Shown here one piece after another: positions 1-13,409 of a DNA stretch of 64,000 nt. The first letter of the stretch is position 1, and every line of letters starts with the position of its first letter. Origin of the DNA: Mobula hypostoma (Eukaryota); contig NC_086120.1 in NCBI RefSeq assembly GCF_963921235.1, positions 8,742,001 through 8,806,000 of the forward strand, written 5' to 3'. The position numbers and the translations under genes were made by a program. The notes below the pieces were generated by a model. It had not been told where the DNA came from and did not search any database. It was given only the letters and a program-made list of their open reading frames with translations.

Positions 1-128
1 GTGTCGTTGCAGAGCTATGTGTGGTTAAGTGCCTTGCTCAAGGACACTCACGCTGCCTCAGCCAAGGCTCAAACTAGCGGCCTTCAAATCACTAGATGAA
101 CGTTTTAACCACTTGGCCATGTGCCAAC
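1..128 (-). mobile_element. tRNA-derived SINE 5' head
   Basis: Reverse strand reads TGTTGGCACATGGCCAAGTGGTTAA (A-box-like TGGCCAAGTGG), then AGTTTGAGCC (B-box-like), then the fish-SINE-type body GTGTCCTTGAGCAAGGCACTTAACC. Confidence 0.6.
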
Positions 129-249
129 AGATTTAGCATCTCAAAAATAGCACATGATTCATTGGGTATCATCATCAGAAAAACTTTACACTTCCACCAC
201 AATTCATAACCTCGTTACACAGCATATCCTCACTGCAACATTACAATCA

Positions 250-1390
250 ATCCAAGCTGCTGACCCTGATTCAATATTAAAAACAGAAGTGTACATGAGC
301 AAGAGGAAATTAAAGGACCAATTTAAAAGAAATTTTTTCAACTAGGGACCAGGAAGATGACTTGAATGAATTTTTTGACATAACTAAAAGAATTGACAGT
401 CATAATTCCGATTTCTCCCGGAAGGCCGGTTCTCAGAACTATCCATCCTCAGTTTCTCAATCCGATAACCAATGCAAATCCTTGCAGTCATCTCTGGAAG
501 AAGCTATGCAACCTGGAAGAACCCTGGTCTCTCCAGCAGAGTGAGAGGGACGTATGAGGTAGAGGTGTTGCTTACTCTGTGGTAATGCCGGTGATTTTTG
601 AGTGACTTGTTCCAAGTTGTCAAGAAAACATCTAGGACTGTCCAGTGAGCAGGAGATCTGTGATGATCTCAAGTTTCTCTCTCATTTCGGCAAGTTCTGG
701 AGTTGTTTTACCATCCTTAAATATCTTGGGGAAACATCACATTCTGTGTGAGCCTTGGTTGCCTCTGGTTTGGCAGGAATTTTTTTGGAGATAGGGTTGG
801 TATAAAAAATCCCGATCCTCAGGGACGGCTTGACTAGCCGATATCTACTACGGCCGTGGGTAGTTGCTTTAGAAGCTGGACAAATCCTATATCTTCCATC
901 ACTCTCCAGTTGACTATTGGAAATCACGAAAAGATGATTAATTTCCATCTTATTCATTTTCCAGACATTTCCCTAATCCTTGGTTATCTGTGGTTGCACC
1001 TTCATAATACTTAGAGTCACTGGGTTTCTCCACCATTCAGGGTTGGTTGAGCTTAAGCCAGGACAAGTGCCTTCCTGGAGGTACCGAGGTTCTGATACAC
1101 CTTCCCGAGTTTTCAAGATGCCTGCCCGAGTTAACAAGCGACCTCCCGTGAGATGAGCCAAGTCATCAGTTGAGTTGCTCCCTGCCTCCTCAAGACTGGC
1201 AACGCAGTTTTCTGCAGTGCCTTCAGAGTATTCAGATTTGTTGCAGGTGTTCAACAAGAAGAGAGCAACTAGGATTCACCACAAAGCGACTCTGATTGCA
1301 CCGTCAATTTACAATCTGGTCTGTGTCCTTCCCTGAGAGGCTCTATGCCTTGTCCACTCCTGAGACGCAAGCTGAGGAGGAATATTCTGG
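250..1390 (+). mobile_element. Degenerate Ty3/Gypsy (Sushi-like) gag-protease-pol fragment
   Basis: Broken frames give EEAMQPGRTLVSPAE..RCCLLCGNAGDF (gag end and decayed zinc knuckle), ALVASGLAGIFL (decayed DSG protease motif) and VPSEYSDLLQVFNKKRAT...LYALSTPET (start of RT region). Many stops. Confidence 0.7.
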
Positions 1391-1649
1391 TAGTTATGGA
1401 GTTACTACCTTGTGGTTGGTGGCACTGTCTTCCCTCTCTATGTCTGAGAGATAACTATTTGAAGGATGATTTCAACTCGTAACTTTTCATGGAAGTGATG
1501 GAAAAAGTTGAGTTTTGTTGTATCTGAACCTTGATGTAATTGAAGTATAAAAGATATTGGTTGAAGAAAGGATTAAAAAGATATGGACATGATTTTTTAA
1601 GTTATGGTGCTGTCTTACCATTCAACTTCTGTAAAGCATGTTCTTGTAA

Positions 1650-2030
1650 GATGTCAGAATCAGAATCAGCTTTATTATCACCGGCATGTGTTGTGAAATT
1701 TGTTAACTTAGCAACAGCAGTTCAATGCAATACATAATATAGAAGAAAAAGAAATAAAATAATAATAATAATACCAATAATCATAAATAAATTAGTAAAT
1801 CAATTACAGTATACATATATTGAATAGATTAAAAATCATGCAAAACAGAAATAATATATATTAAAAAAGTGAGGTAGTGTTCACAGGTTCAATGTCCATT
1901 TCAGAATCGGATGGCAGAGGGGAAGAAGCTGTTCCTGAGTCGCTGAGTGTACGCCTTCAGACTTCTGAACCTCCTACCTGATGGGATCAGTGAGAAAAGG
2001 GCACTCCCTGGATACCGGAGGTAGTTTATA
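1650..2030 (-). mobile_element. Rex1/Babar LINE 3' end
   Basis: Minus ORF ends IPSGRRFRSLKAYTQRLRNSFFPSAIRF, the typical Rex1/Babar C-terminus. The 3' UTR ends in a (CTGATT)-type tail (AGAATCAGAATCAG on +). Confidence 0.8.
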
Positions 2031-2039
2031 AGCTGCAAA

Positions 2040-3183
2040 AGAACCTCTCTACGACAAACAGTACATTGCCATGCCTGAGTTATCTGCAAAGTTCATTCAT
2101 TTGCGTGATACACAATTCCAAAAGGAGTCTGTGTATTTGATGGTTCATCAAATGCATTGGCCACTGTGGTTCAGTATGTGCTTTTGGAAATCATGGTTGG
2201 GGTCCAAAGTTACTGAATGATGATTGCATCATGGATGTCGAGATGACAACAGCTTTGACCGATATGATCGAATGACTTTGAATGACACTACCCAATGACA
2301 TAGATAGGTGAATTATTGGTTTACTGAAAGTTTTGGCTGTTGTGAAAAAGTTCAGCATTTTGATTGAAGTTACACTTTCAATAATAGAACAGGTGTTCTC
2401 AATGCTCTTTTTTCCCAGTTGTAAGAGCAGGAGCGGGTTGCTGTGCTGAAATATATGCCATTGCTTCCTGCATTCATCAAAGCATTTCACGTGGTTGTTC
2501 CTCACATTCCCAGCTTAATAATGTCACTCTCCAAAGAAATATCCTAATTTGCTAGAAGCTGTCAACAGTAAGTATCTGAACTTGTACACTGCATGCTCTT
2601 CTGGTTTTCAGGCTCCCCTGATCTTTCTGAACCTGTCAGAGAAGTAATAAAGGATTTTCCAATTCCATGTGAGGAAAAGCAAAAGCAGCTACTCAATCAG
2701 AATGTCTGAATGTTACAAAAAGGCAGTGGAACCTTTGTTTGCAAGACGTGCTACAAGATCGGATACAGGAAAGACGGGACTGGCAGATCTTGGCAATACC
2801 TGCTTCATGAACAGTGTCATTCAGATCCTTTTCATGGCTTCTGACTGCAGGCATGCTGTTATGCTACTGAAGGAGAGTGATTCAGTCATTAATGATGAAA
2901 CTTCAATGGTTATTTGCTTTCCTAGAACATAGGGAGTGACCTGCCAGCTCTCCCAGCAGCTTGTTGAAAGCTCCTTCTCCTCCATGATTTGATTAAGAGG
3001 TGCAACAGGACTGTTCAGAGTATTTCAGACATCTATTGGAAAGCTACATGAAGAAGAGAAGACTAGGAAAGGAATTCTCATGGACAAAGTCATTCAGCCA
3101 GTGAACCTTGTAGGGAAGATCGAGAACCAGAGGAAACATCAATAGAAAGAATGTTTGGTGGGAAGATGGTATCTAGGATGCTT
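2040..3183 (+). pseudogene. USP35: Processed pseudogene of ubiquitin-specific protease USP35 (USP35/USP38 family), partial
   Basis: Continuous intronless match across broken frames: IIGLLKVLAVVKKFSILIEVTL, VLKYM, ELVHCM, SDTGKTGLADLGNTCFMNSVIQILFMASDCRH (Cys box, TGC at 2801), KLQWLFAFLEH, QQDCSEY, HEEEK, IERMFGGKMVSR. From recall these motifs fit USP35 better than USP38. Multiple stops and frameshifts. Confidence 0.8.
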
Positions 3184-3185
3184 TA

Positions 3186-4172
3186 TCAGATCTACCACCA
3201 CTTAATAAGTTTCTAAAAATGTGCGATTGCTGATTCCGTCACCTCTGATCTGGGCTAACATTTACATGCCAGGTGGCACCTAATTAATTAGCTTGTTTAT
3301 TTCGGCTTTTTTTCTTAGAGATGTGCTGGGTGCGTTCCGGCCACCGCTGTATTATTCGCAGCCCGGAGATTGGGGATCACTGAATTATAAGTCACTTATA
3401 AGTCAATAGCATCGTAACATTTTAAGTAACGTTTGGATATTAAACACACAGAGCATATTTTCCACGTATGAACATATAAAATCATTACAACACACCGATA
3501 TTGCTGAATCAGTGGGAGCCCTGGGCTTGTTTTCCTGCAACAACATGGTCCTATCGAGGGGTGATGGGAGACAGCGATACTCAAAGGTGGTTCCTTATGC
3601 CCAGTCTATTCTGCAATTTAGTTTTCGTTGCATTCATTGCAGAAATCTCCGCTTCGCAGAAATATGTTGGAAATGGAAGCAAAATTTTCAGTGCTTTCGT
3701 GGCTATCTCAGGGTATTTAGCCTTGACTTTGATCCAGAATGCCAGCAGAGGTGTTATGTCAAACATACTTTTCAGCCCACCGTCATTTGCAAGCTCGAGG
3801 AGTTGATCTTTTTCCCACACTGACGTGGATGATTCCCCGGGGACATTCACAAATGGATCACGGACTCATTTATTTGCATGTCTTGGGTCACTGATGACCT
3901 TGCGTGTGTTAAAATTCAACAGTGCGTGACAGGGAATGAGGAAAGGTGCAGCTGTTTCATATCGTTTCATATCGCCAAATCATATTGTTTCCTCGCGGCC
4001 CGGTGGTTGGGGACCACTCTTAGCATGAAGAGTGACCAATCAGGATGCTCGCTCTCCCTCTCCCTCTCAAAAAAATCTATTTCTGGGATATTGTATGTAA
4101 TTTCCGGACATCACGGAGCCACTATCGATATGCAGGAGACTCCCGGAACTTCCGGGAGAGGTGGGATGTCTG
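3186..4172 (-). mobile_element. hAT (Charlie/Buster-like) DNA transposon remnant
   Basis: Minus ORF 3581-3850 FWIKVKAKYPEIATKALKILLPFPTYFCEAEISAM is a hAT C-terminal dimerization domain. A Charlie-like end GGTTGGGGACCACT lies near 4005-4018. May be a composite of two elements. Confidence 0.7.
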
Positions 4173-4845
4173 CCTGACGTGGTCCAACCAAGCAGAGTCC
4201 ACTGGCAAGAAGGCCCACCAGCGCCTTTACTTCCTGAGAAAGCTAAAGAAATTTGGCCTGTCACCTAAAACCCTCACTAATTTTTATAGATGCACTGTAG
4301 AAAGCATTCTTCTAGGGTGCATCACAACCTGGTGTGGAAGTTGTCCTGTCCAAGGCCAGAAGAAGATGCAGTAGATCGTGAACACAGCCCAGCACATCAC
4401 ACAAACCAATCTTCCATCCTTAGACTCACTTTACACCGCACGCTGTCAGAGCAGTGCTGCCAGGATAATCATGGACACGACCCACCCAGCCAACACACTT
4501 TTCATCCCTCCTCCCTCTGGGAGAAGGCTCAGGAGCTTGAAGACCCATACAGCCAGATTTGGGAACAGCTTCTTTCCAACTGTGCTAAGACTGTTGAACG
4601 GATCCTGACCCGGATCTGGGCTGTACCCTCCAAATATTCGGACCTGCCTCTCTGTTTATTTGCACTACCTTACTTTCCATTTTCTATTTTCTATATATGA
4701 GTTATAATTTAAATTTTTAATATTTACTATTGATTTGTACCTCAGGGAACGCGAAGCACAGAATCAAATATTGCTGTAATGATTGTAGGTTCTAGTATCA
4801 ATTGTTTGGCGACAATAAAGTATAAAGTATAAATATAAGTATAAA
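4173..4845 (+). mobile_element. Rex1/Babar LINE, 5'-truncated
   Basis: KKAHQRLYFLRKLKKFG..FYRCTVESIL and HPANTLFIPPPSGRRLRSLKTHTARFGNSFFP; ends in a (TATAAAG)-like tail. Confidence 0.85.
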
Positions 4846-5001
4846 TGCATGGCTGATGGATTGGAGTGGGGGCAGGGATTCAGATTTCTGGATCATTGGG
4901 ACCTCTTTTTGGGCAGGCGATGACCTGTATAAAGAGGACAAGTTGCACTTGAATCGGAGGGGGACCAGTATCCCAGCAGGGAGATTTGATAAGGCTATTG
5001 G
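4846..5001 (+). mobile_element. Old CR1 LINE, ORF1 end (left part; host of the hAT insertion)
   Basis: Encodes FLDHWDLF..LHLNRRGTSIPAGRFDKAI (end of CR1 ORF1 esterase); continues at 15933. Confidence 0.75.
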
Positions 5002-5700
5002 CAAGGCTGTACTTTAGGTAGGTCTGGCTGTGCTGCAGCCCAGGGGCCAGAGCTGCACAGGGGCCCAAAATCGGTAGCTATCATCATGGCAGACCAAAAA
5101 AAAATACGAGAGTGGAGCATAGAAAAGAAAAAAGAAACAAGAAAAAGAGGACCGTGAGAAAGAAGCATTAAAAAATACATTGAAATTGTCAGAATTTTTT
5201 TAAACCTGTTCTCGATGATGCCGCAGTACCATCGCTCTTGTCGCAGTCTGAGACTGGTGGACAAATGGAGACTTGTTCAACAGCTAGCGCGAACACCAGC
5301 GTTAGCATTTACGTTACACTAGCGTCTGACAGCGTAAGAATAGATACAGAACTGCAAAAACAGTTCGAGCCAGAGTGTGTCTACTGCACCGACGTGTTGA
5401 GAAGAGTGGTGTCGGTTGTGAAGTTTTTGTTCAAGAGGGGACTGGCTGTCCGAGTCTCCAGTGATATATTTGGCAGACTTGATAATGGCAACTACATGGG
5501 CATTTTAGAGGTAATAAGTGAGTTTGACCCGTTTTTGAAGGCGCACATACAGAAATTTGGAAATGCAGGATCAGGCACCCCTTCATATCTTTCACCTAAA
5601 ACATGTTGAGGAGTTTATTGAGCTCATGAGCGGTCGAGTTCTGTCAGAGATCGTCAGTGAAGTCAAAATGGTCAAATACTTTTCCATTAGCATCGATTCA

Positions 5701-8700
5701 AGCAAGAGGCTTCGACGAGAAGAGGCGGAGGACAAGCTTGCTCGCAGTTAGTCTTTACAATGTCTCCTGAGACGGTGATGTGCCTCTCATGTGAGATGTG
5801 GCAGTCTTGGGGGAACGCCCCTCTCCCGCAGAATCACATTTGCCAGAAGTGCAAACGGCTGGGCGATCTGGAAGACTGTGTAAGGAATCTGGAGCAGCAC
5901 CTGCATGACCTTCGACTCATAAGAGAGAATGAAGCAGTCATAGATGAGAGCTACAGGGAGGTAGTCACACCTAGGCTGTTGGAAGCAGGTGGTTGGGTGA
6001 CAGTCAGAGGGGGGAAGCGAAGGTGAGCAGACAGGTAGTGCAGAGCACCCCTGTAGCCATTCCCCTGAATAATAAGTTTACCATCCTGGATACTGTTGGT
6101 GGGGACGACCGACCAGGTGTGAGCCACGGTGGCAGGGCCTCCAGCACTGAGCCTGACCTGGTGGTGCAGAAGCGTTGGACAGAGAAAAGGAGAGCTGTCG
6201 TCATTGGAGACTCTATAGTCAGGGGAGCAGACAGGAGATTTTATGGATGTGAGAAGGACACCCGCATGGTTTGTTGCCTCCCGGGTGCCAGGGTCCGGGA
6301 TGTCTCTGATCGGGTGCACGACATCCTGGTACGAGAGGGAAAGCAAACAGAAGTCATGATAAATGTTGGGACCAATGACATAGGCAGGAAGAGGGATGAG
6401 GTCCTGAAGTGTGAGTTTTGGGAACTAGGCAGAAAGCCGAAGAACAGGACCTCAAGGGTGGCGTTCTCAGGATTGCTGCCAGTGCTACATGACAGTGATG
6501 GTAAGAATTGGAGGAGATGGCAGTTGAATGCGTGGCTGAGGAGTTGGTGCAGGGAGCAGGGTTTGAAATTTTTGGATCATTGCGATCTCTTCTGGGGAAG
6601 GTGGGACCTGAACAGATTGAATGGGTTGCACCTGAACTCAAAGGGGAGCAATATCCTTGCAGGTAGGTTCGCTGGCATGGTTCGGGAGGGTTTTAACTAA
6701 TTTGCAAGGGGAATGGGATCCAGAGCGATACAGCAGTGAAAGAAGTGCATGGAGTAAAGCCAGATCTAACATACAGAGAGGCTTTGAGGAAAGAGAAGCA
6801 GAATAAACGGTGTAAAGACAGTAGGGTAGAAGGGCTGAAATGTGTGTACCTCAATGCAAGAAGCATCAGGAACAAAGGTGATGAACTGAGAGCTTGGATA
6901 CATACATGGAATTATGATGTAGTGGCCATTACAGAGACTTGGCTGGCACCAGGGCAGGAATGGATTCTCAATATTCCTGGATTTCAGTGCTTTAAAATGG
7001 AGAGAGAGGGTGGAAAAAGGAGAGGAGGCGTGGCATTACTGGTCAGGGATACTATTACAGCTACAGAAAGGGTGGGTAATGTAGCAGGATCCTCTTTTGA
7101 GTCAGTATGGGTGGAAGACAGGAACAGGAAGGGAGCAGATACTCTATTGGGGGTATTCGATAGGCCCCCTGGTAGCAGCACAGATACAGAGGAGCAGATT
7201 GGGAGGCAGATTTTGGAAAGATGCAAAAATAACTGGGTTGTTATCATGGGTGACTTTAACTTCCCTAATATTAATTGGCACCTGATTAGTTCCAAGGGTT
7301 TAGATGGGGCAGGATTTGTAAAGTGTTTCCAGGACGGATTCCTGTCACAGTATGTGAACAGGCCGAATAGGGGGAATGCCATTCTAGATCGAGTACTAGG
7401 TAATGAACCGGGTCAGGTCACAGATCTCTCAGTGGGTGAGCATTTGGGGGACAGTGACCACCGCTCCCTGGCCTTTAGCATTAACATGGAAAAGGATAGA
7501 ATCAGAGAGGACAGGAAAATTTTTAATTGGAGAAGGGCAAATTATGAGGCTATAAGGCTGGAACTTGCGGGTGTGAATTGGGATGATGTTTTTGCAGGGA
7601 AATGTACTATGGACATGTGGTCGATGTTTAGAGATCTTTTGCAGGATGTAAGGGATCCCGGTGAGGAAGATAAAGAATGGTAGGGTGAAGGAACCATGGG
7701 TGACAAGTGAGGTGGATAATCTAGTCAGGTGGATGAAGGCAGCATATATAAGGTTTAGGAAGCAAGGATCAGATAGGTCTATTGAGGAATATAGGGAAGC
7801 AAGAAAGGAGCTTATGAAGTGGCTGAGAAGAGCAAGAAGGGGGCATGAGAAAGCCTTGGCGAGTAGGGTAAAGGAAAACCTCAAGGCATTCTTCAATTAT
7901 GTGAAGAAAAGAAGGATGACAGGAGCGAAGGTAGGACCGATTAGAGGTAGTGGGGGGAAGATGTGCCTGGAGGCTGTGGAAGTGAGCGAGGTCCTCAATG
8001 AATACTTCTCTTCGGTATTCACCAATAAGAGGGAACTTGATGATGGTGAGGACAATATGAGTGAGGTTGATGTTCTGGAGCATGTTGATATTGATATTGG
8101 CATGTTACAAAGGTAATGCTACAGTTGTTACGGGGGACTTCAACATGCAGGTAGACTGGAGGAATCAGGTTGGTACTGGACCCCAAGAAAGGGAGTTTGT
8201 GGAGTCCCTCCTAGATGGATTTTTGGAACAGCTTGTACTGGAGCCTACCAGAGAGAACACAATTCTAGATTTAGTGTTGTGCAATGAACCGGATTTGATC
8301 AGGGACCTCGAGGTAAAGGAGCCATTAGGGGGTAGTGGCCATAATATGGTAAGTTTTAATCTACAATTTGAGAGGGAGAAGGGAAACTGGGAAGTGTCAG
8401 TATTACAGTTGAGCAAAGGGAACTATGGTGCTCTGAGGGAGGAGCTGGCCAAAGTTCAATGGAACAATACCCTAGCAGGGATGACAGTGGAACAGCAATG
8501 GCAAGTGTTTCTGGGAATAATGCGGAAGGTGCAGGATCAGTTTGTTTCAAAGAGGAAGAAAGATCCTAAGGGGAGTAAGGGGAGGCCAGGGCTGACATGG
8601 GAAGTAATGGGCAGTATAAAAATAAAAGAGAAGAAGTATAACATAGCAAAGACGAGTGGGAAGCCAGAGGATTGGAAAACTTTTAAAGAGCAACAGAAGG

Positions 8701-11700
8701 TAACTAAAATGGCAATACGCAGAGAAAAAATGAGGTACGAAGGTAAACTAACCAAGAATATAAAGGAGGATAGTAAAAGCTTCTTTAGGTATGTGAAAAG
8801 GAAAAAAAATAGTTAAGACCAAAATTGGGCCCTTGAAGACAGAAGCGGGTGAACTTATTATAGGAAACAAAGAAATGACAGACGAGTTGAACAGGTACTT
8901 TGGATCTGTCTTCACTAGGGAAGACACAAACAATCTCCCAGTGGCCAAAGGACCTAGGGTAATGGATGAATTGAAGGAAACTTATATTAAGCAGGAAATG
9001 GTGTTGGATAGGCTTTTGGGTCTGAAGACTGATAAGTCCCCGGGACCTGACGGTCTGCATCCCAGGGTACTTAAGGAGGTGACTTTAGAAATCGTGGATG
9101 CATTGGTAATCATTTTCCAATGTTCTATAGATTCAGGATCAGTTCCTGTGGATTGGAGGGTGGTAAATGTTGTCCCTCTCTTCAAGAAGAGAGGAAGAGA
9201 GAAAACATGGAATTATAGATTGGTTAGCCTGACGTCGGTGGTGGGGAAGGTGCTGGAGTCAATTATAAAAGATGAAATTACGACACATCTGGATAGCAGT
9301 CACAAGATTGGTCCGAGTCAGCATGGATTTACGAAGGGGAAACCATGCTTGACTAATCTTCTGGAATTTATTGAGGATGTAACTATGAAAATGGACAAGG
9401 GAGATTCAGTGGATGTAGTGTACCTGGACTTTAAGAAAGCCTTTGATAAAATTCCACATGGGAGATTATTGGGCAAAATTAGGGCACATGGTATTGGGGG
9501 TAGAGTACTGACATGGATTGAAAATTGGCTGACTGACAGAAAACAAAGAGTAGCGTTTAACGGGTTCCTTTTGGAATGCCAGGAGGTGACCAGTGGGGTA
9601 CTGCAGGTTTCAGTGCTGGGACTGCAGCTGTTTACAATATATATTAATGATTTAGATGAAGGAATTAAAAGTAACATGAGCAAATTTGCTGATGACACAA
9701 AGCTGGGTGGAACTGTGAAATGTGAGGAGAATGTTATGAGAATGAAGGGTGACTTGGACAGGCTAGGTGAGTGGGCAGATGCATGGCAGATGCAGTTTAA
9801 TGTGGATAAATGTGAGGTTATCCACTTTGGTGGTAAGAACGTGAAGGCAGATTATTATCTAAGTGGAGTCAAGTTATGAAAAGGGGAAGCACAACGAGAT
9901 CTAGGTGTTCTTGTACATCAGTCACTGAAAGCAAGCATGCAAGTACAGCAGGCAGTGAAGAAAGCTAATGGCATGCTGGCTTTCATAACAACGGGAATTG
10001 AGTATAAGAACAAAGAGGTCCTTCTACAGCTGTACAGGGCCCTGGTGAGACCACATCTGGAGTACTGTGTGCAGTTTTAGTCTCCAAATTTGAGGAAGAA
10101 CATTCTTGCTATTGAGGGAGTGCAGCGTAGGTTCACAAGGTTAATTCCCGGGATGGCGGGACTGTCATATGTCGAAAGATTGGATTGACTGGGCTTGTAT
10201 ACTCTGGAATTTAGAAGGCTGAGAGGAGATCCTATTGAAACATATAAGATTATTAAGGGATTGGACACGCTGGAGGCAGGAAGCATGTTCCCACTGATGG
10301 GTGAGTCTAGAACCAGAGGCCACAGTTTAAGAATAAGGAGTAGGACATTTAGAATGGAGTTGAGGAAAAACTTTTTCACCCAGAGAGTGGTGGATATATG
10401 GAATGCTCTGCCCCAGAATGCTGTGGAGGCCAAGTCTCTGGATGCATTCAAAAAAGAGATGGATAGAGCTCTTAAAGATAGCGGAATCAAAGGTTATGGG
10501 GATAAGGCAGGAACTGGATACTGATTGTGGATGATTAGCCATGATCACAGTGAATGGTGGTACTGGCTCGAAGGGCCAAATGGCCTACTCCTGCACCTAT
10601 TGTCGATTGGCTATTGATATTAAGGGACAGGAGGTGTTGGAGTTGTTAAAATACATTAGGACTGATAAGTCCCCGGGGCCTGATGGAATATTTCCCAGGC
10701 TGCTCCACGAGGCGAGAGAAGAGATTGCTGAGCCTCTGGCTAGGATATTTATGTCCTCGTTGCCCATGGGAATGGTACCGGAGGATTGGAGGGAGGTGAA
10801 TGTTGTCCCCTTATTCAAAAAGTTCGTAAGGATAGTCCGGGTAATTATAGACCAGTGAGCCTTACGTCTGTGATGGGAAAGCTGTTGGAAAAGATTCTTA
10901 GAGATAGGATCTCTGGGCATTTGGTGAATCATGGTCTGATCAGGGACAGTCAGCATGGCTTTGTGAAGGGCAGATCATGTCTAACAAGCCTGATAGAGTT
11001 CTTTGAGGAGGTGACCAGGCATATAGATGAGGGTAGTGCAGTGGATGTGATCTATATGGATTTTAGTAAGGCATTTGACAAGGTTCCACACGGTAAGCTT
11101 ATTCAGAAAGTCAGAAGGCATGGGATACAGGGAAGTTTGGCCAGGTGGATTCAGAATTGGCTTGCCTGCAGAAGGCAGAGGGTGGTGGTGGATGGAGTAC
11201 ATTCAGATTGGAGGATTGTGACTAGTGGTATCCCACAAGGATCTGTTCTGGGACCTCTACTTTTCATGATTTTTATTAATGACCTGGATGTTGGGGTAGA
11301 AGGGTGGGTTGGCAAGTTTGCAGACGACACAAAGGTTAGTGGTATTGTAGATAGTGTAGAGGATTGTCAAAGATTGCAGAGAGACATTGATAGGATGCAG
11401 AAGTGGGCTGAAAAGTGGCAGATGGAGTTCAACCCGGAGAAGTGTGAGGTGGTACACTTTGGAAGGACAAACTCCAAGGCAGAGTAAATGGCAAGATACT
11501 TGGTAGTGTGGAGGAGCAGAGGGATCTTGGGGTACATGTCCACAGATCCCTGAAAGTTGCCTCACAGGTGGATGGGTTAGTTAAGAAAGTTTATGGGGTG
11601 TTAGCTTTCATAAGTCAAGGGATAGAGTTTTAAGAGTCGCGATGTAACCATGAAGCTCTCTAAAACTCTGGTTAGGCCACACTTGGAGTACTGTGTCCAG

Positions 11701-12205
11701 TTCTGGTCGCCTCACTATAGGAAGGATGTGGAAGCATTAGAAAGAGTATGGAGGAGATTTACCAGGATGCTGCCTGGTTTAGAGAGTATGCATTATGATC
11801 AGAGATTAAGGGAGCTAGGGCTTTACTCTTTGGAGAGAAGGAGGATGAGAGGAGACATGATAGAGGTATACAAGATAATAAGAGGAATAGATAGAGTGGA
11901 TAGCCAGCGCCTCTTCCCCAGGGCACCACTGCTCAATACAAGAGGACATGGCTTTAAGGTAAGGGGTGGGAAGTTCAAGGGGGATATTAGAGGAAGGTTT
12001 TTTTACTCAGAGAGTGGTTGGTGCATGGAATGCACTGCCTGAGTCAGTGGTGGACGCAGATACACTAGTGAAGTTTAGGAGACTACTAGACAGGTATATG
12101 GAGGAATTTAAGGTGGGGGTTTATATGGGAGGCAGGGTTTGAGGGTCGGCACAACACTGTGAACCAAAGGGCCTGTACTGTGCTGTACTATGCTATGTTC
12201 TATTT
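5701..12205 (+). mobile_element. Near full-length CR1 LINE (subfamily A): ORF1 plus ORF2 APE-RT, interrupted at 8093-10613
   Basis: ORF1 has CLSCEMW..CQKC and the SGNH-esterase motifs GDSIVRG and VGTNDI. ORF2 has APE (YLNARSIRNK, ITETWL, GDFNFP, SDHRSL) and RT ([27 protein letters not shown]). 3' tail is CTATGCTATGTTCTAT. Frameshifts present. Confidence 0.9.
8093..10613 (+). mobile_element. 5'-truncated CR1 LINE (subfamily B) nested in CR1-A
   Basis: APE end plus RT (YLDFKKAFDKIPH, FADDTK) and 3' UTR ending CCTATTGTCGATTGGCTA. Flanked by TTGATATT at 8085-8092 and 10614-10621. Confidence 0.88.
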
Positions 12206-13409
12206 TCTAGATGTTGCACACGTAGATCAGCTCACATTCATTTTACATTATTTGTGAACTGATGGAAACTATCAGGAGCAATTCTTATGATTTCAACCCA
12301 TTGAGAGCCACAGAGGGGAAGCTTTATGTGAGTTTGCGCTCAAAAGTTTTAGGAGAGGTGAATATTGACATAAGCAACTGCAGGGGGCAGTGCTATGACA
12401 ATGCTGCAAATACGTCCGGTGCATACAAAGACTTACAATTCTGCATCAAGGAAATCATCCACTTGCTGAGTGGGTTCCATGTGCAGCACACACATTGAAA
12501 CTCGCCGGAATCAACAGTGTCAACTGTTGTGCTGAAACAGCTGATTTTTTTTTTCAGCTTCATGCAGAGTGTGTTCAACTTCTTCTCCAAGTCAACTTCC
12601 AGGTGGAAGGTGGTGACCGCAGGACTTCAACCTAATACAAACAAGCGCATTGAAACTCTGAAGTCTCTCTCTAGATGGGCTGCACATGCCGAAGCCACAC
12701 AGGCATTGTGCAGAAATTGTGCCAATATTCAAGATTCGTTAAAGAGCATTGCAGATGACATTAATCAGAACGTGGCAACTAGAAATGAAGCAAGGTCACT
12801 GTACAAAAAAATGGACAAGCTTGAGATAGCTTTTCTGAACAAATTGTGGCACTGCATTCTTCAGCGCTTTGAAAGTGCAAGTGTTGCATTGCAAGCTGTA
12901 AATCTAGACCTGTGTAATGCTGTGGATTTGGTGAGATCACTACGGAGATACATAGCAAGCTTGCATGATCAATTTGATACTTTTGAGACCCAAACTAAAA
13001 TTATGTCTCCAACAGTCTCACAAGTGTAGAAAGAACAAAGAAATTGTAAAGCCTTTCTGGGTAAATCCACAACACCTGATGTTGGCTTGTCAGCCAGAGA
13101 AAAATACTCCACTACTGTTTTTGGATCGTGATGGATAGATTACTTGCAGAAATTGATTGCAGATTTGCATCATATAATGACCTTAACAACACATTTGGCA
13201 TCCTAAACAATATCTCTTCTATCTCTGTACATCTGCACAAGAGAGCATCTGATCTCCAAAGCAGATATTCAGCTGACCTGGAGTTAGACTTTGTGGAGCA
13301 GATTATCCATTTCAGGGAATTTGTAAGTGGCAAAGATATTTCATCCACAGCAGAGCTTTTATGCTTCCTCAGAGGAAAAAAAAACTTGCAGGTCATCTTC
13401 CCAAATGTA

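Noticed and set aside
5238-5700. ZMYM1-like host gene
   Set aside because: It lies inside a TIR/TSD-bounded hAT element and is broken by insertions, so it is a transposase remnant.
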